Positions 1-13,355 of a DNA stretch of 64,000 nucleotides are shown in pieces; the stretch's first letter is position 1, and the number at the start of each line of letters is the position of its first letter. The DNA is from Squalus acanthias (lineage: Eukaryota): positions 107,758,001 to 107,822,000 of the forward strand of contig CM059432.1 of the NCBI GenBank assembly GCA_030390025.1, given 5' to 3'. The translations under genes were made by a program, and so were the position numbers. A model generated the notes under the pieces. The model was given only the letters and a program-made list of their open reading frames with translations, had not been told where the DNA came from and did not search any database.

Positions 1-1006
1 TGGTAGGCCTCATTAATAAATGTACATGGGGACCCAGATGGCATTTTAACCCTATCCTGAGCGGGGTTCTTGATGCGGCCATCTCGCCAGATACAGCTGT
101 TGGGAAGCCAGCAAGACCACAGAAAGTAAGTGAAAATAACGTTTCTTAGTGGGGTCAGGAGGAGCACGAGTGGACCTCTGGACCCCACATGGAAAGTCCA
201 GGCCTCTGCAGCACTGAGCTCCCTGCTCCCTGGCTGCAAGACCCTTGGATCGCCCCCCTGCTGCCTCCGTGACTCACCTTGCTGTTGACAACCTTCTCTT
301 GCTGCCAGTTGGTGGCCTCTGGGCTGCCCGATCTGTGTCGCCAAAACCTGCAAGCGGCTGACCAGTGGCATTGAACCCCTAGGCCTTGGCCTCCGACTCA
401 AAGCTGTGGGTGGGCATGCTGTCCACTCCCTACCGGCTTCCCATCGCGAATTAACATTGCCCCTTTTAAATTTCAGTTCCCGTTGAGCACCATTCTGCCC
501 GGACTGAATCACAGTCTGAGCCTTGCAATATAAAGGAGGCATTGATCCGGGACGTCTATACACCCTTCAGACATAGAGTGGGATCAGAGAGAACAGTATC
601 TTATTAAACTCCACAACATAAAGTGGTCGTGTATTATGACGGCTTATGATTCCATAGTTCTGCTGCTTCCTTAGTTACTGTTCTTTATTGGTGACAAGGC
701 TGTGGTTTGTTCTGTTTATGAGCTCGGCTTGACAGCACTTTATTGTGGAAATTAGGTGGGATAAGAACATGTTGCAGCCAAAGGCCATAGTGACAGTGAG
801 AGATGTCTTGTGCATTTAACCCTCGTAGTTACTGGGAATGGAGAGAAGGTTTGGAGAAAGGGCACTAATTGGCCAATTATCCCCCGCATCTCTGCTTCTG
901 AAAACGCTGGTTATTGCTGCATTTTAACTTCTCCACTGGTTCCACATCTCCCAGTGAATTGGTTTTCAAATGTTTAACCTTGCTTATAAATCCCTCCCTG
1001 GGAGCA

Positions 1007-1140
1007 AGCCTTTGTCTTAGTGGTAGTATTCCCACCTCTGAGTCAGAAGGTGCAGGATTCGAACCCTGCTCCAGACTGTCCCAGCGAGTGGAGACCAGAG
1101 CTCTGACTCTGAACTCTGGGTTGACATCCAGTGCAATACT
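1007..1140 (+). mobile_element. tRNA-derived SINE head, partial (Deu-SINE-like family)
   Basis: A-box/B-box-like head (agtggtag...ctctgagtcagaagg...ttcgaaccc), same as the heads at 45035 and 60566. Confidence 0.6.
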
Positions 1141-2211
1141 TGCATCTGGTTGGTGTGGGTGACCATCCTCTTCATATGAGCCATGCAAGCTCAGACAGCT
1201 GCCATTGTGGCTTTGGGGCCACTCTTGAAAGAAGCTTCCGGGCGTCATATCATTCCAGCACTCTGTTCTCCAGCAGAGCCCTAGGAGTGCTGAGGTGCTG
1301 CCCCAGGAGAGTGGCCTTGGCTCCATGGGCGAGGCACCTGCTGTCCTCTCTCAGGATAGCAGCATGCCTGCTCCTCTGCCAGACACTCCACCAGCGTCCT
1401 TGCTGGTGACACTCAGCCAGCCGGCTTAGACTGATGCAACCCACACCAAGATGCTGCAGTTTGCAGGAGGGCGCTCTAGGCTCAGAGGTGCTCAAGGTCA
1501 TCCTCCAAGGCTATCTAAAGTGTTCTCAATGGAAGCTCAGCAGCCTTCCACCTCCCAAGCTGTAGCCACTGGGGAAATGCAGAAACATAGGACCCTAATT
1601 CAAATAAATGATTCTTGGCTTTAAATGTTGCCACCATTTGCTTCCTGCCTGGGGCTGGGTAGACCGAAAACAGGTGCTGCAAACTGAATTTCTGGACCAG
1701 AGTTCAACAGTAACTTATCAACTCAGCTAATATATGTGGATCCATCTTTCCAAAAGAATGGATGATGAAATTAGACCTAATGTTGGGAAAACAAATTGAC
1801 CAATTCGATGAATTCATTTGGTCCAGCTGCCTTGGAGGTATTTCATTCAAGTTCCTTAATAACAGGTTTGTTTTATCAGTTCCCAAGCCAAACCTTGCAG
1901 TTTGACTAGAGTCTGCAGTTCTGAAGACTGACGTTATTGAACTCATCTGCCAAGACCTGATCCTTTGTGTTTTTTTCCCAATGTATTATCCCCTAAAGGA
2001 TCTATCTGGTCTTCATTGAACATTCTACTAAAGAAGGAAAGTCTTGCATTTATAGAGCACCTCAGCACATCCCTCAGAAGCATCTCCTTCTGTCATATAC
2101 AACAACTTGTTTTGAAGTGCAGTGGTTATACTAACGCGGCTACAAGTACCTTTGGACCCACCTTGCTGTTTTTCTATTGCTCTCTTATTTCTTCAAATAT
2201 TCATTTAAAAG

Positions 2212-2637
2212 AAAAAGAAAGACTTGCATTTCTATAACACCTTTCAAGACCTCAGGACATCCAAAAGTGCTTTACAGCCAATGAAGTACCTCTGAAGTGT
2301 AATCACTGTTGTAATGTAGGAAACATGGCAGCCAATTTACACACAGCAATGTGATAATGACCTGATAATCTGTTTTAATAATGTTGGTTAAGGGATAAAT
2401 ATTGGCCAGGACACCAGCAAGAACACCTGTGCTCTCTCCACGGCAGCTTTTATGTCCACCTGAGGGAGCAGAAGGGGTTTAACATCTCAGCCAAAAGACG
2501 GCACCTCTGACAGTGCAGCACTCCCTCAGTACTGCACTGGCGTGTCAGCCTGGATTATGTGCTCAAGTCTCTGGAGTGGGACATGAACCCACAACCTTCT
2601 GAGGTGAGAGCGTTGTCACTGAGCCATGGCTGACACC
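2212..2637 (-). mobile_element. Near full-length tRNA-headed Deu-SINE-like element
   Basis: Reverse complement of the + copies at 29900-30228 and 60566-60927; tRNA-like head near 2570-2637; tail shared with L2-like 3' ends. Confidence 0.75.
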
Positions 2638-2683
2638 TATCATCAACTGATTTTTATATAACTCCAAGTCATCACAGATTTAT

Positions 2684-2866
2684 GGGGTAATTTTAAACTA
2701 ACCCACCTGGTAGAAAACTGACGGGATCAAATTGGCCGCCTATTTTTTACCTTGCCCGATTTTCCTTACATTGAAGTCAACAGAAAGTAAAATCGGGTGG
2801 GGTGCAAAATGAGCAGCCAATCCGATTCCATCAGTTTCCCGTCAGGTGGTTTAGGTTAAAATGACC
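2684..2866. mobile_element. Palindromic MITE (Harbinger-like termini)
   Basis: ggggtaattttaa...ttaaaatgacc termini with internal arm symmetry; related palindromes near 21812, 29211, 39934, 41245. Confidence 0.55.
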
Positions 2867-3274
2867 ATGTTTTTAAATAAATGTTTCAGTTTGACTCGGC
2901 ACGGCACAGCCAATGTCCAATTCTATCCTGGACTATAGCTGCACACACATGCTCTCCAACAGTGGTCATTGGATAGTGATGAGGAGCAGGAACCCTGCCT
3001 CATTCTCCTTTCTCTAGCCTAGAGCTACTGAGGCCAATTGGAGGACTCCTATTGATCCCATGACTGAGAACAGCCAGATCAGCATAGACTAGGAATTGAA
3101 CCAGAGTCTCTCCTGGTCTGCTCTAGTCATTACCACATGAAGTGTATTTAACCAGAGGAGCTAACGTCAGTGGATGGAAAGCCAGGGCTAAATGTACAAA
3201 TTGCTGATCTGAGTGCCTGGCGGGGAACATCCACACCAAGAGCACATGATCGGAAAACTGACTGTCGAATCAGA

Positions 3275-5116
3275 GGCCGGGATTTTACTTACCTCGGCAG
3301 GTCCGGGGCGGGCAATGTGGGTGGCGGGTCACGGCCCCGCTGCTGGCTCCATCCCGCTGTCTAAAATGAATTTATATTGATAGGGCTTGTTAAGCCCACC
3401 CAATGTGTTTCCAGGGCCAATTAGAGGAAGCGGGTCTGGTGACGTCATTCATGACGCGTCATCAGCCAGTTTCCTTAAAGGGACCATGGCCAACTTTCTT
3501 TTAACATTTGTGTTGTCAGTGTTCTATAGCATTGAGGTGCTGCAAACACTGACAAGCACGGCACAGAGGGCTGCACCCAGGTTCTCCCATGACTCCCTCC
3601 CTATGCTTATGATCTCATTAGATCACAAAACATTAGTACAAAGCCACACTCGCCTTCATCCTGCTGTGCCTCTCATCACATCCCCATCACTCTACCTTCC
3701 CATCCCTACTCCTGCACATCCCTACTCACACCAACTTACCTTGCGCCTCCACCCATCCCTCTCTCTCTACATTATCACTTCCCCATCTCACAAGCCACCC
3801 CTCACACTCACCCTCATCCTAGTCCAATCATACCAACTAACAACCCGCCATAACGCACCTTTCCCATGTCGGGTCTGTCAGCGCTGAGCAGACCTGACAG
3901 GCAGCGGTGGGCGACCCAATTAAACTCATTATAATGTACTTACCAGACACTTAACAGGCTTTTTTACCTTACTTTTTAACATTAACTTCATGGCCACGAG
4001 AACCACACTGTTCGGTGACCACGTCTGTCAACCTGAGGCGGGAGCTCAGTGGCCATTGCTGCAGTTGATTACTTGACAGCCTCAAATGTACAGTGAAAGG
4101 GGTTTTTATCCAATGTTTATGTAAAGTTTCTATTAATGTGCTGTCAAACATTGAAATATTTATTCTCAACACTTTGCGTTCTTGGACAGATTTGTGTGCA
4201 CCTTGGAAGTGGCTTAGTGAGTTGCAGTGAATAGTGAGACATAATGGTATCTCCCGCAATGGTGATGAGTGTGAAAGGAATGGCTTGGCCATTGTAGGGA
4301 TGCTTTATGGTGTTGGTGTGGGGTGGTGCCAACCTGGCGCATCATGTGGCAGCCAGGGTGTACAGCATCAAGTGAAGTAAATCTGACCATGATGAGGCCA
4401 TCCCTGGCCTCCCGGGCAGCAAGGTGCTTGGGTGCTGATGCCCTGTGTCCTGTGCAGCATCAGGTGATTGCAGAGAAGGTTGGTGTTGATGTTGCTGCTG
4501 CTGGTGTGTATGGTGCTGCTGGTGTTGGGGCTCATCGTGGTCTGATTCTGAGGACCAAGGTGAGACAGTATAAACAGCACCCATGCTGATGGAATAGATG
4601 GCAGGTGAAGTACAGATGACAGAAGCGATCTGTCAATGGTGGGAGAGGTAATGAGGTGAGACTGGATGGAGACTTGTGGAAAGACTTGCAGCATGCTGAA
4701 TCTGTTGTGGAAATGCAGTGAGGAACAGCTTGTGGCTGAGGAAAGTGAAGATCTGTCAGGTGGGAGCTTTCACTGTACATTTGAGGCTGTCAAGTAATCA
4801 GCTGCAGCAATGGCCACTGAGCTCCCGCCTCAGGTTGACAGACGTGGTCACCGAACAGTGTGGTTCTCGTGGCCATGAAGTTAATGTTAAAAAGTAAGGT
4901 AAAAAAGCCTGTTAAGGGTCAGGTAAGTACATTATAATGAGTTTAATTAGGTCGCCCACTGCTGCCTGTCAGGTCTGCTCAGCGCTGACAGACCCGACAT
5001 GGAAAAGGTACGTTACGGCGGGTTGACAGCGGGTTCCAGACCCGCTGTAAAAAAAAACACTTTCCCATCCAACCCGCCACCGATCCCGCCCACTGACATC
5101 CCGGAAAATTCCGACC
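3275..5116. mobile_element. Internally deleted PIF/Harbinger transposon relic
   Basis: Imperfect TIRs (ggccgggattttac vs reverse complement of ggaaaattccgacc, 11/14). Myb/SANT-like start RAAPRFSHDSL on + (~3565-3600). On -, an N-terminal stretch (MGAVYTVSPW, 4584) abuts a HARBI1-like C-terminus (AAREARDGLIMVRF, ~4380-4421). 4197-4421 is homologous to 33770-33989. Confidence 0.7.
3841..5025. repeat. 259-bp inverted repeat (3841-4099 / 4767-5025), 667-bp spacer
   Basis: Arms align as reverse complements with only scattered substitutions. Confidence 0.9.
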
Positions 5117-5545
5117 ATAGAATCTTACAGCACAGAAGATGGTCATTCAGTCCATTGTGCCTGTGCTGGCTCTTTGAAAAAGCTATCCAATTGGTCCCAC
5201 TCCTCCCTTCTTTCTCCAAAGCCTTGCAAATTTTTCCTTTTCATGTACATATCCAATTCCTTTTTGAAAGTTACTTTTGAACCTGCTTCCACCACTTTTT
5301 CAGGCAGTGCATTCCAATCATAACAACTCACTGCGTAAGAAAATTCTCCTCACCTCCCCTTTGGTTCTTTTGCCAACTATCTTAAATCTCTGTTCTCTGG
5401 CTACCAACCCACCCACCAGTGGAAACAATTTCTCTTTATTTACTCTATCAAACCCCTCATAATTTTCAACACTTCTATTAAATCTCCCCTTAACCTTCTC
5501 TCCTCTACGGAGAATAAGCCGAGCTTCTCTAGTCTCTCCACATAA
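5117..5545 (-). mobile_element. CR1 LINE 3' fragment
   Basis: Minus translation WNALPEKVVEAGS..FKKELD plus CR1-type 3' UTR and tail. Confidence 0.8.
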
Positions 5546-6385
5546 ATCTTCATTCTCCTAAAAGATTTTCTTTAAATTTTTTGCCCCCACAAAAACCTAA
5601 CCAAATCGTGTTATATACAAATCCTTTCTGACCTTGTCCGCTATTTTTGTTTGTTCACTCAACTGCTTGCTTTGAATCGTACTTTTTCCTGTGAGCACTA
5701 TCTACTCAAAGGGCGTTCACAGTCTTACTGTGACTGTATACCCGGATTAATGGATTTTTAGATATTACTGTCAGAATATTAAAGTATTTACATTAGATCT
5801 CACAGAGTTCCTCATTGCAGTCTAACATGGATGTTCAAACTCTGCAAGGATTTATTTCCTGGCTCTCTATTCCGAGATTCAGGAAATCTGCGTGCAGCTG
5901 TTCTCAGGTCTGTGGCTGGGTCCAACAGATCTTTTTAAATTTTAATTTGTTTCCCATGTTTGGAAATCCAGCTGGAGTCATGGAAATCATTAGAGGATAG
6001 AGTGACTCAGCCGCAGTACATTCGGGAATTTTAAGAGTTTATTGAGAAATACTGTAAATTTAACAACTTTAGTGAAAATCAAAAGCAGTGGTATAATATT
6101 TAAGGAAGACAAGCATGTCAATTTGGAAAACGTGTGAAGCGGGACACAATCGCATCGTTTTTTGGCCTCGCTGCTTTGCTGGTAATTTATGAAACAAAAC
6201 AAAAATGTTCCAAAGAGTTGATTAACGCCCACAGATGTGACGTTAAACTTTTTTGTTTTGTTTTGGCTTGTTAAGCAGAAATTAAAGATGAACACGCAAG
6301 ATTAGGGAGAACCAGGGGTCACAATCTCAAGTTATGGAAAGGCAGAACTAGGTTTGATGTCAGAAGGTGATTCTTTTCCCAGAGA

Positions 6386-6776
6386 CCGTGTTTTCAGAAT
6401 CCTCAAAGGGGAGGGGGAACAATCACAAGTCGTGGTACACATCGGTACCAACGACATAGGTAGGAGAAGGGACGGGGATTTAAAACAGGAATTTAGGGAG
6501 CTAGGTTGGAAGCTGAGAGCCAGTACAAACCATGTTGTAATTTCTGGTTTGTTGCCTGTGCCACGTGCTAGCGAGTTGAGGAAAAGGGAGAGAGTGCAGA
6601 TAAACACGTGGCTGCAGGGATGGTGTAGCAGGGAGGGTTTCAGTTATGTGGATAATTGGAGCACATTCTGGGGAAGGTGGGACCTGTACAAACAGGACGG
6701 TTTGCACCTGAACCAGAGGGGCACCAATATCCTGGGAGGGAAATTTGCTACGGCTCTTCGTGGGGGTTTAAACTAA
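6386..6776 (+). pseudogene. CR1 ORF1 C-terminal SGNH/GDSL esterase-like domain (truncated)
   Basis: VVVHIGTND and DGLHLN motifs. Confidence 0.9.
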
Positions 6777-6880
6777 TTTGTCAGGGGGATGGGAAAAAGG
6801 GCTGTAGTCCAGGAGCCAGTGGTGAGTGTAGGGAGGTACTGAGGAGGGTATCAAGGTCGCAGGAATGTACCGGCAGACAG

Positions 6881-9497
6881 GAAGATGGCTTGAAGTGTGT
6901 CTACTTCAATGCAAGGAGCATCCGGAATAAGGTAGGAGAACTTGGAGCGTGGATTGGTACTTGGGACTACGATGTGGTGGCCATTACGGAGACATGGTTA
7001 GAACAGGGACAGGAATGGTTGTTGGAAGTTCCGGGGTATAGATGTTTCAGTAAGAGTAGGGAAGGTGGTAAGAAAGGTGGAGGAGTAGCATTGTTAATCA
7101 AGGATAGTTTAACAGCGGCAGAAAGGCAGTTCGAGGGGGATCTGCCGTCTGAGGTAATATGGGCTGAAGTTAGAAATAGGAAAGGAGCGGTCACGTTGTT
7201 AGGAGTTTTCTACAGGCCCCCAAATAGTAATAGAGATGTGGAGGAAGAAATTGCAAAGCAGATTATGAATAGGTGTGGAGGTCACAGAGTAGTTGTCATG
7301 GGTGACTTCAACTTTCCAAATATTGATTGGAACCTTTATAGGTCAAACAGTTCGGATGGGATAGTTTTTGCACAGTGTGTGCAGGAGGGTTTCCTGACAC
7401 AATATGTGGATAGGCCGACAAGAGCTGGGGCCACGTTGGATTTGGTACTGGGTAATGAACCGGGCCAAGTGTTTGATTTGTATGTGGGAGAGCACTTTGG
7501 AGATAGTGACCACAATTCGGTAACTTTCACTATTGCAATGGAGAGGGATAGGGCCATACGGCAGGGCAGGGTTTATAATTGGGGGAGGGGTAATTATGAT
7601 GCGATTAGGCAAGAATTAGGGAGTATAAGATGGGAACAGAAACTATCAGGGAAAGGCACAAACGAAAAGTGGAGCTTTTTCATGGAGCAATTACTGCGTG
7701 TCCTTGATAGGTATGTCCCTGTCAGGCAGGGAGGAAATGGCCGAGTGAGAGAACCATGGTTCACAAAAGAGGTTGAATGTCTAGTCAAGAGGAAAAAGGA
7801 AGCGTATGTAAGGATGAGAAAACAAGGTTCAGTTGGGTCGATTGAGGGGTACAAGGTCAGAAGAGATAGGAGAGGTGATGAATGAATACTTTTCGTCAGT
7901 GTTCACCGAGGAGAGGGGCCATGTTCTTGAGGATGAGAGTGTGATAAAGGTGGATAGGCTGGAGATGGTAGATGTTCTGAGGGAAGATGTTTTAGCAATT
8001 TTGAAGAACCTGAGGGTCGATAAGTCCCCTGGGCCAGATGGGATATATCCTAGGATTCTTTGGGAGGCAAGGGAGGAGATTGCAGAGCCTCTGGCTTTGA
8101 TCTTTGGGTCCTCACTGTCCACGGGAATGGTGCCAGAGGACTGGAGAGTGGCGAATGTTGTTCCTCTCTTCAAGAAAGGAAATAGGAATGACCCTGGTAA
8201 TTATAGGCCGGTTAGTCTTACTTCGGTGGTTGGTAAGATAATGGAAAAGGTCCTGAGGGATAGGATTTATGACCATTTGGAAAGGGGCAACTTAATCAGG
8301 GATAGTCAACACGGATTCGTGAAGGGTAAGTCTTGCCTAACAAATTTGATTGAATTCTTTGAGGAGGTAACTAAGTGTGTAGATGAAGGTAGAGCAGTTG
8401 ATGTCGTATACATGGATTTTAGTAAGGCGTTTGATAAGGTTCCCCATGGTCGGCTCATGAAGAAAGTAAGGAGTTGTGGGATAGAGGGAAATTTGGCCGA
8501 TTGGATAAGTAACTGGCTATCTCATAGAAGGCAGAGGGTGGTGGTGGATGGAACATTTTCGGACTGGAGACCAGTTACCAGCGGTGTGCCACAGGGGTCG
8601 GTGCTGGGTCCTCTGCTGTTTGTGATTTTTATCAATGACTTGGAGGAGGGGACTGAAGGGTGGATCAGTAAATTTGCTGATGACACCAAGATTGGTGGAG
8701 TAGTGGATGAGGTGGAGGGCTGTTGTAGGCTGCAAAGAGACATTGATAGGATGCAGAGCTGGGCCGAAAAATGGCAGATGGAATTTAACCCTGATAAGTG
8801 CGAGGTGATTCATTTTGGTAGGGCAAATTTGAATAAGGATTACAGGGTCAACGGCAGGGTTCTGAGGAATGTGGAGGAGCAGAGGGATCTGGGGGTTCAT
8901 ATCCACAGATGTCTGAAGGTTGCCACGCAAGTGGATAGAGCAGTAAAGAAGGCCTATGGTGTGTTGGCGTTTATTAACAGAGGGTTTGAGTTTAAGAACC
9001 GTGAGGTTATGCTGCAACTGTACAGGACCTTGGTGAGACCACATTTGGAATATTGTGTGCAGTTCTGGTCACCTCACTATAGGAAGGACGTGGAAGCATT
9101 GGAAAGAGTGCAAAGGAGATTTACCAGGATGCTGCCTGGTTTGGGGGGGAGGTCTTATGAGGAAAGATTGAGGGAGTTGGGGCTTTTCTCTTTAGAGCGG
9201 AGGAGGATGAGAGGCGACTTAATAGAGGTTTATAAGATGATGAGGGGGATAGATAGAGTGGATGTTCAGAGACTATTTCCTCGGGTAGAGGCAGCTGTTA
9301 CAAGGGGGCATAACTATAAGGTGCATGGGGGGAGATATAGAAGGGATGTCCGAGGTAGATTCTTTACTCAGAGAGTGGTTGGGGTGTGGAATGGACTGCC
9401 TGCTGTGATAGTGGAGTCGGACACTTTAGGAACTTTCAAGCGGTTATTGGATAAGCACATGGAGCACACCAGAGTGATAGGGAGTGTGATAGCTTGA
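6881..9497 (+). pseudogene. CR1 ORF2 (AP endonuclease + reverse transcriptase), frameshifted by an internal deletion at ~7857
   Basis: YFNARSI, AITETW, MGDFN, SDH (APE); KSPGPDG, DFSKAFD, GVPQGSVLGP, FADD (RT). The two track ORFs 6656-7885 and 7833-9497 are in different frames. Confidence 0.92.
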
Positions 9498-10882
9498 TCT
9501 TGGTCTCGGCACAACATCGAGGGCCGAAGGGCCTGTACTGTGCTGTACTGTTCTATGTTTCTATGTAGAATAGTGGACACCTGGAACGAGCTGCCAGCTT
9601 GTGCGATGGGCGCTGATTCACTGAGTTCATCCAGGTGAGTGCTGGATCTGTTTTTGGCTAGGGTGGAGATCACCTCATCCAAAAGATAGGTACTATATAA
9701 CATTAATCAAGAGGTAGGCAATGTAAAACATGAATCAGTGGTCTCCTGGACTAGTTTCAATCGTCTAAACGGGTCGGAAGGAATTTTCTAGATTTTTCCC
9801 CCCTAATTGGCCTGGGTTTTTACCTGGTTTTTCGTCTCTCCCAGGAGATTACATGGCTCTGGGTGGGGTGAGGAGTGTATATATTGTGATGCATAAGGCA
9901 TCGCAATTGTATGGGACAGGCTGGATGGACCAGAGAGTCATTTCCTGTCCGCCATTGGCATATGTTCGATGTAAATATGTTCATGCTTCCCTTCTTGCCC
10001 ACATTACATGCATGATGCCCCCTCTTATGCAAATTATCCCATCCCTCAGGACTTTGGACAGGGTTGGGGCCGAGGTAGGTGGGCGGGCGGAAGTCCCAGA
10101 TCGCTGCACTTCCAGGAATTTCTCGGATGAGGGATTTTGATATGAGTACTGTGAGCTGCACAATTTGAAACTTTTCCTTCTCCACAAGACTGGAACACTT
10201 GAACTAGGACCAGCTAAACTCCAATTAAATTGACCTAATGAGGACACACACACTTGGCTGAAAAGTCGCAGCAGACAGCCACCTTGGTTCTAGCAGCAGA
10301 GGAGCCCACAGCAGAGCTCAACTGAGCGACCTCCTGACTGCGGCCCGATCACGCCACTTCCTGCAGACTTGTTTCGAGGAGCCTTTACAGATGTTGCATG
10401 AAATCGTGGCACATGACAGCTTTTGTACTTCATTTCAGGTCTGAGTTGTGCTGCTCTACAGGAGCTTGAATAACAATTCCATGTAGAGCACACAAAGTAC
10501 TGGTGGACTAATGTATACACAGAACTAATAGACTTCAGGCTGTTTGAGGAGTTGTAGCCCAGCATAGTTAAAAACCATCAGACTGACTTGTTTTAGTTTA
10601 TTTTTTACCAAAATTCACGTGGTTTTCAGCTCATGGTTCTGAAATTAGATCATTTAAAAGTACTGTCAACGTTTGTCCTCTTTTCAGCGATGTTTCCTCT
10701 GTGGAGATGAAGGTACATAGCGCAGCAGAGGCCTATTGGAGGAAGCAGACATCCAACACTATAACTGATGTTGTGACCCCGTTTCACCTCATCAACAGTG
10801 AATGGAGAAGGCGAGTGGAAGGCAAGGGTGGGAGAAAGAAATTCTGGAAAAAAAATGGAAAAGTCTGTAGGTAGAAGATTTA

Positions 10883-11650
10883 GGGGAAAGATTTGGTTGA
10901 TTGGCGCCTCCCATTAGCGCCATAAGAGGGCGTTAATGGGGCGCAAAGCAACTAGCGCCTGGGTGCGGCGATGTTGACCAGACATTTTGCGGCAACGCTA
11001 AACACTACTGCCACGATCTCCTGCGCCTGCAGATCGTGACGTCAGTCGAGCATGCAATGCCCTGGTAGCGCCCCGGACCGGATATTGAGCGGCGCCCCCT
11101 GCCTTTCCGCCTGCCGCTAGCAACAACAGGTTGAGGGGAATGTTTTGCAGTCGGGAAGGGGCTGGGGGAGCGTTATTTAAAGGCAGCCGCTTCCTGCCTT
11201 TTTTTGTCGGCGACATTTTTGGTTTTAACGCTGTCCTAAGGAGTTTTGGCCCTCAGCACCACTTTTGAGGTTCCTAAGCGCTGAGCTCTTTCCCTGGGCC
11301 TATCCTTAGTGCTTCCAACACAATTGCTTTTGAGATTTCTCCAGGCCGAGATTCAAGGTTGCAATGAGCAGGGTGTGGCTGGTCAGCAAGAAGGCCCCTT
11401 CCCTTTAAGAACTGGACGGCGCCAGTGTAACTGACATCACCTGAGCTTCGCCAGCACTCTGAGGTAGTGCCTCGCGCCTCGAAGTTAGCACCTTAAGAGA
11501 GGTGTGTAGCGCCTGATTTAGCGCTCAAATCCTCTCCAGGGGCGATAGAGGCCAAGTTTGCAGTCAGAGTCAATAATTAGCGCCGGGCGCTAAACTTTGC
11601 ACCCGGCCGATAATAGCGCCCCAAACAGGACGATACCGAATTTCTCCGCC
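10883..11650. mobile_element. GC-rich non-autonomous DNA transposon (Harbinger-like, ttagcgcc-rich family)
   Basis: 26307-26970 is an inverted copy; left end shared with 58765-58845; gggg..aaatt / aattt..cc termini. Confidence 0.7.
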
Positions 11651-12227
11651 TAAGTGAGAAAGATACTGGCAGTGAGATAAAAGATAGTAAAGCAAATAAT
11701 ATGAGCATGGGAAGAGGTCAATTAGCTGCTAGAAACAGGGTGAGAGGCAGGCAAAGAGAAAGAGAGAGAGAGGCAGAGAGAGAAATAGTTAAAGAGGATG
11801 GGGACAGAGCAAGGACAGAAAGTTACAGAGAGAGACAGAGCTAGAGAGTCAAGGAGATGGAGACAGACAGAGTGAAAAAGCCAGATAGAGGGAGACAGGA
11901 ACACAGAGAGAGGGGAGAGAAACGCAGACAGAGTGACAGAGACAGAGTGAATGGCCGGAATTTTAAATCAGGAGGCAGGTTGGAAGCTGGGGTGGGGGCT
12001 CGGAAGCAGATGGGAAACCCGGGAAGACGGGTTTCTGCAGGCCCTGCCAAATTTAACACAGGGCCTGATTTGCATTCGAAACCTCTGTTTCCCACCCGCA
12101 GCCAACCAGATGGAGAGACTGGCTGGCTGTGGGCGGGTAGGCCTGCAGCACTAGGATGCAGAGAGGGGGGTGGGAGCGCGTGGGGGCCAGAGGCAGAAAC
12201 ATTGGGGGCCAGGGAGTGATCGGAGGG

Positions 12228-13355
12228 GGGGACAGAGAGAATATCGGGGGCTAGACAGTGGTCGGGGAGGGAGGGAGAGTATATCGGGGGCTGGACAGTG
12301 GTCGGGGAGGGAGGGAGAGTATATCGGGGGCTAGACAGTGGTCGGGGAGGGAGGGAGAGTATATCGGGGGCTGGACAGTGGTCGGGGAGGGAGGGAGAGT
12401 ATATCAGGGGCTGGACAGTGGTCGGGGAGAGAGGGAGAGTATATCAGGGGCTGGACAGTGGTCGGGGAGAGAGGGAGAGTATATCAGGGGCTAGACAGTG
12501 GTCGGGGAGGGTGGGAGAGTATATCGGGGGCCGGACAGTGGTCGGGGAGGGAGGGAGAGTATATCGGGGGCTGGACAGTGGTCGGGGAGGGAGGGAGAGT
12601 ATATCAGGGGCTAGACAGTGGTCGGGGAGGGAGGGAGAGTATATCGGGGGCCGGACAGTGGTCGGGGAGGGAGGGAGAGTATATCAGGGGCTAGACAGTG
12701 GTCGGGGAGAGAGGGAGAGTATATCGGGGGCCGGACAGTGGGAGGGGAGGGAGGGAGAGTATATCGGGGGCCGGACAGTGGTCGGGGAGAGAGGGAGAGT
12801 ATATCGGGGGCCGGACAGTGGTCGGGGAGGGTGGGAGAGTATATCGGGGGCCGGACAGTGGTCGGGGAGGGAGGGAGAGTATATCGGGGGCCGGAGTGGT
12901 GGTCGGGGAGGGAGGGAGTGTATATCGGGGGCCGGACAGTGTTCGGGGAGAGAGGGAGAGTATATCGGTGGCTGTATAGTGGTCGGGGAGGGAGGGTAAG
13001 TACATCGGGGGCTGGACAGTGTTCGGGGAGGGAGGGAGGGAGAGTATATCGGGGGCTGGAGTGGTCGGGGAGGGAGGGAGAGTATATCGGGGGCTGGAGT
13101 GGTCGGGGAGGGAGGGAGAGTATATCAGGGGCCGGAGTGGTCGGGGAGGGAGGGAGTGTATATCGGGGGCTGGAGTGGTCGGGGAGGGAGGGAGAGTATA
13201 TCAGGGGCCGGAGTGGTGGGGAGGGAGGGAGAGTATATCGAGGGCCGGAGTGGTGGGGAGGGAGGGAGAGTATATCAGGGTCTGGACAGTGGTCGAGGTG
13301 GGAGGGAGAGTATATCGGGGGCCGGACAGTGGTCGGGGAGGGAGAGTATATCGGC
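12228..13355. repeat. 40-bp G-rich minisatellite, left block
   Basis: Unit atatcgggggc(t/c)ggacagtggtcggggagggagggagagt in tandem. Confidence 0.97.

Larger units (their letters stand above)
6386..9566 (+). mobile_element. CR1 LINE, 5'-truncated within ORF1
   Basis: ORF1 esterase, ORF2 APE and RT, 3' UTR hairpin (gggccgaagggcct) and ttctatgt tail. Confidence 0.95.
6300..9975 (+). mobile_element. Older CR1-like 3' end, split by the younger CR1 (pieces 6300-6385 and 9567-~9975)
   Basis: RTRGHNLKLWKGRTRFDVRR*FFSQR continues as IVDTWNELP after the insertion; AGA duplicated at 6383-6385 and 9567-9569. Confidence 0.7.

Noticed and set aside
1704..1946. 80-aa minus ORF in unique sequence
   Set aside because: Length compatible with chance; no recognisable family.
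10262..10444. Possible host exon (QLSDLLTAARSRHFLQTCFEEPLQ..), and an acceptor-like ttttcag at 10681-10687
   Set aside because: No recognisable protein similarity or consistent exon chain; needs RNA-seq or TBLASTN.
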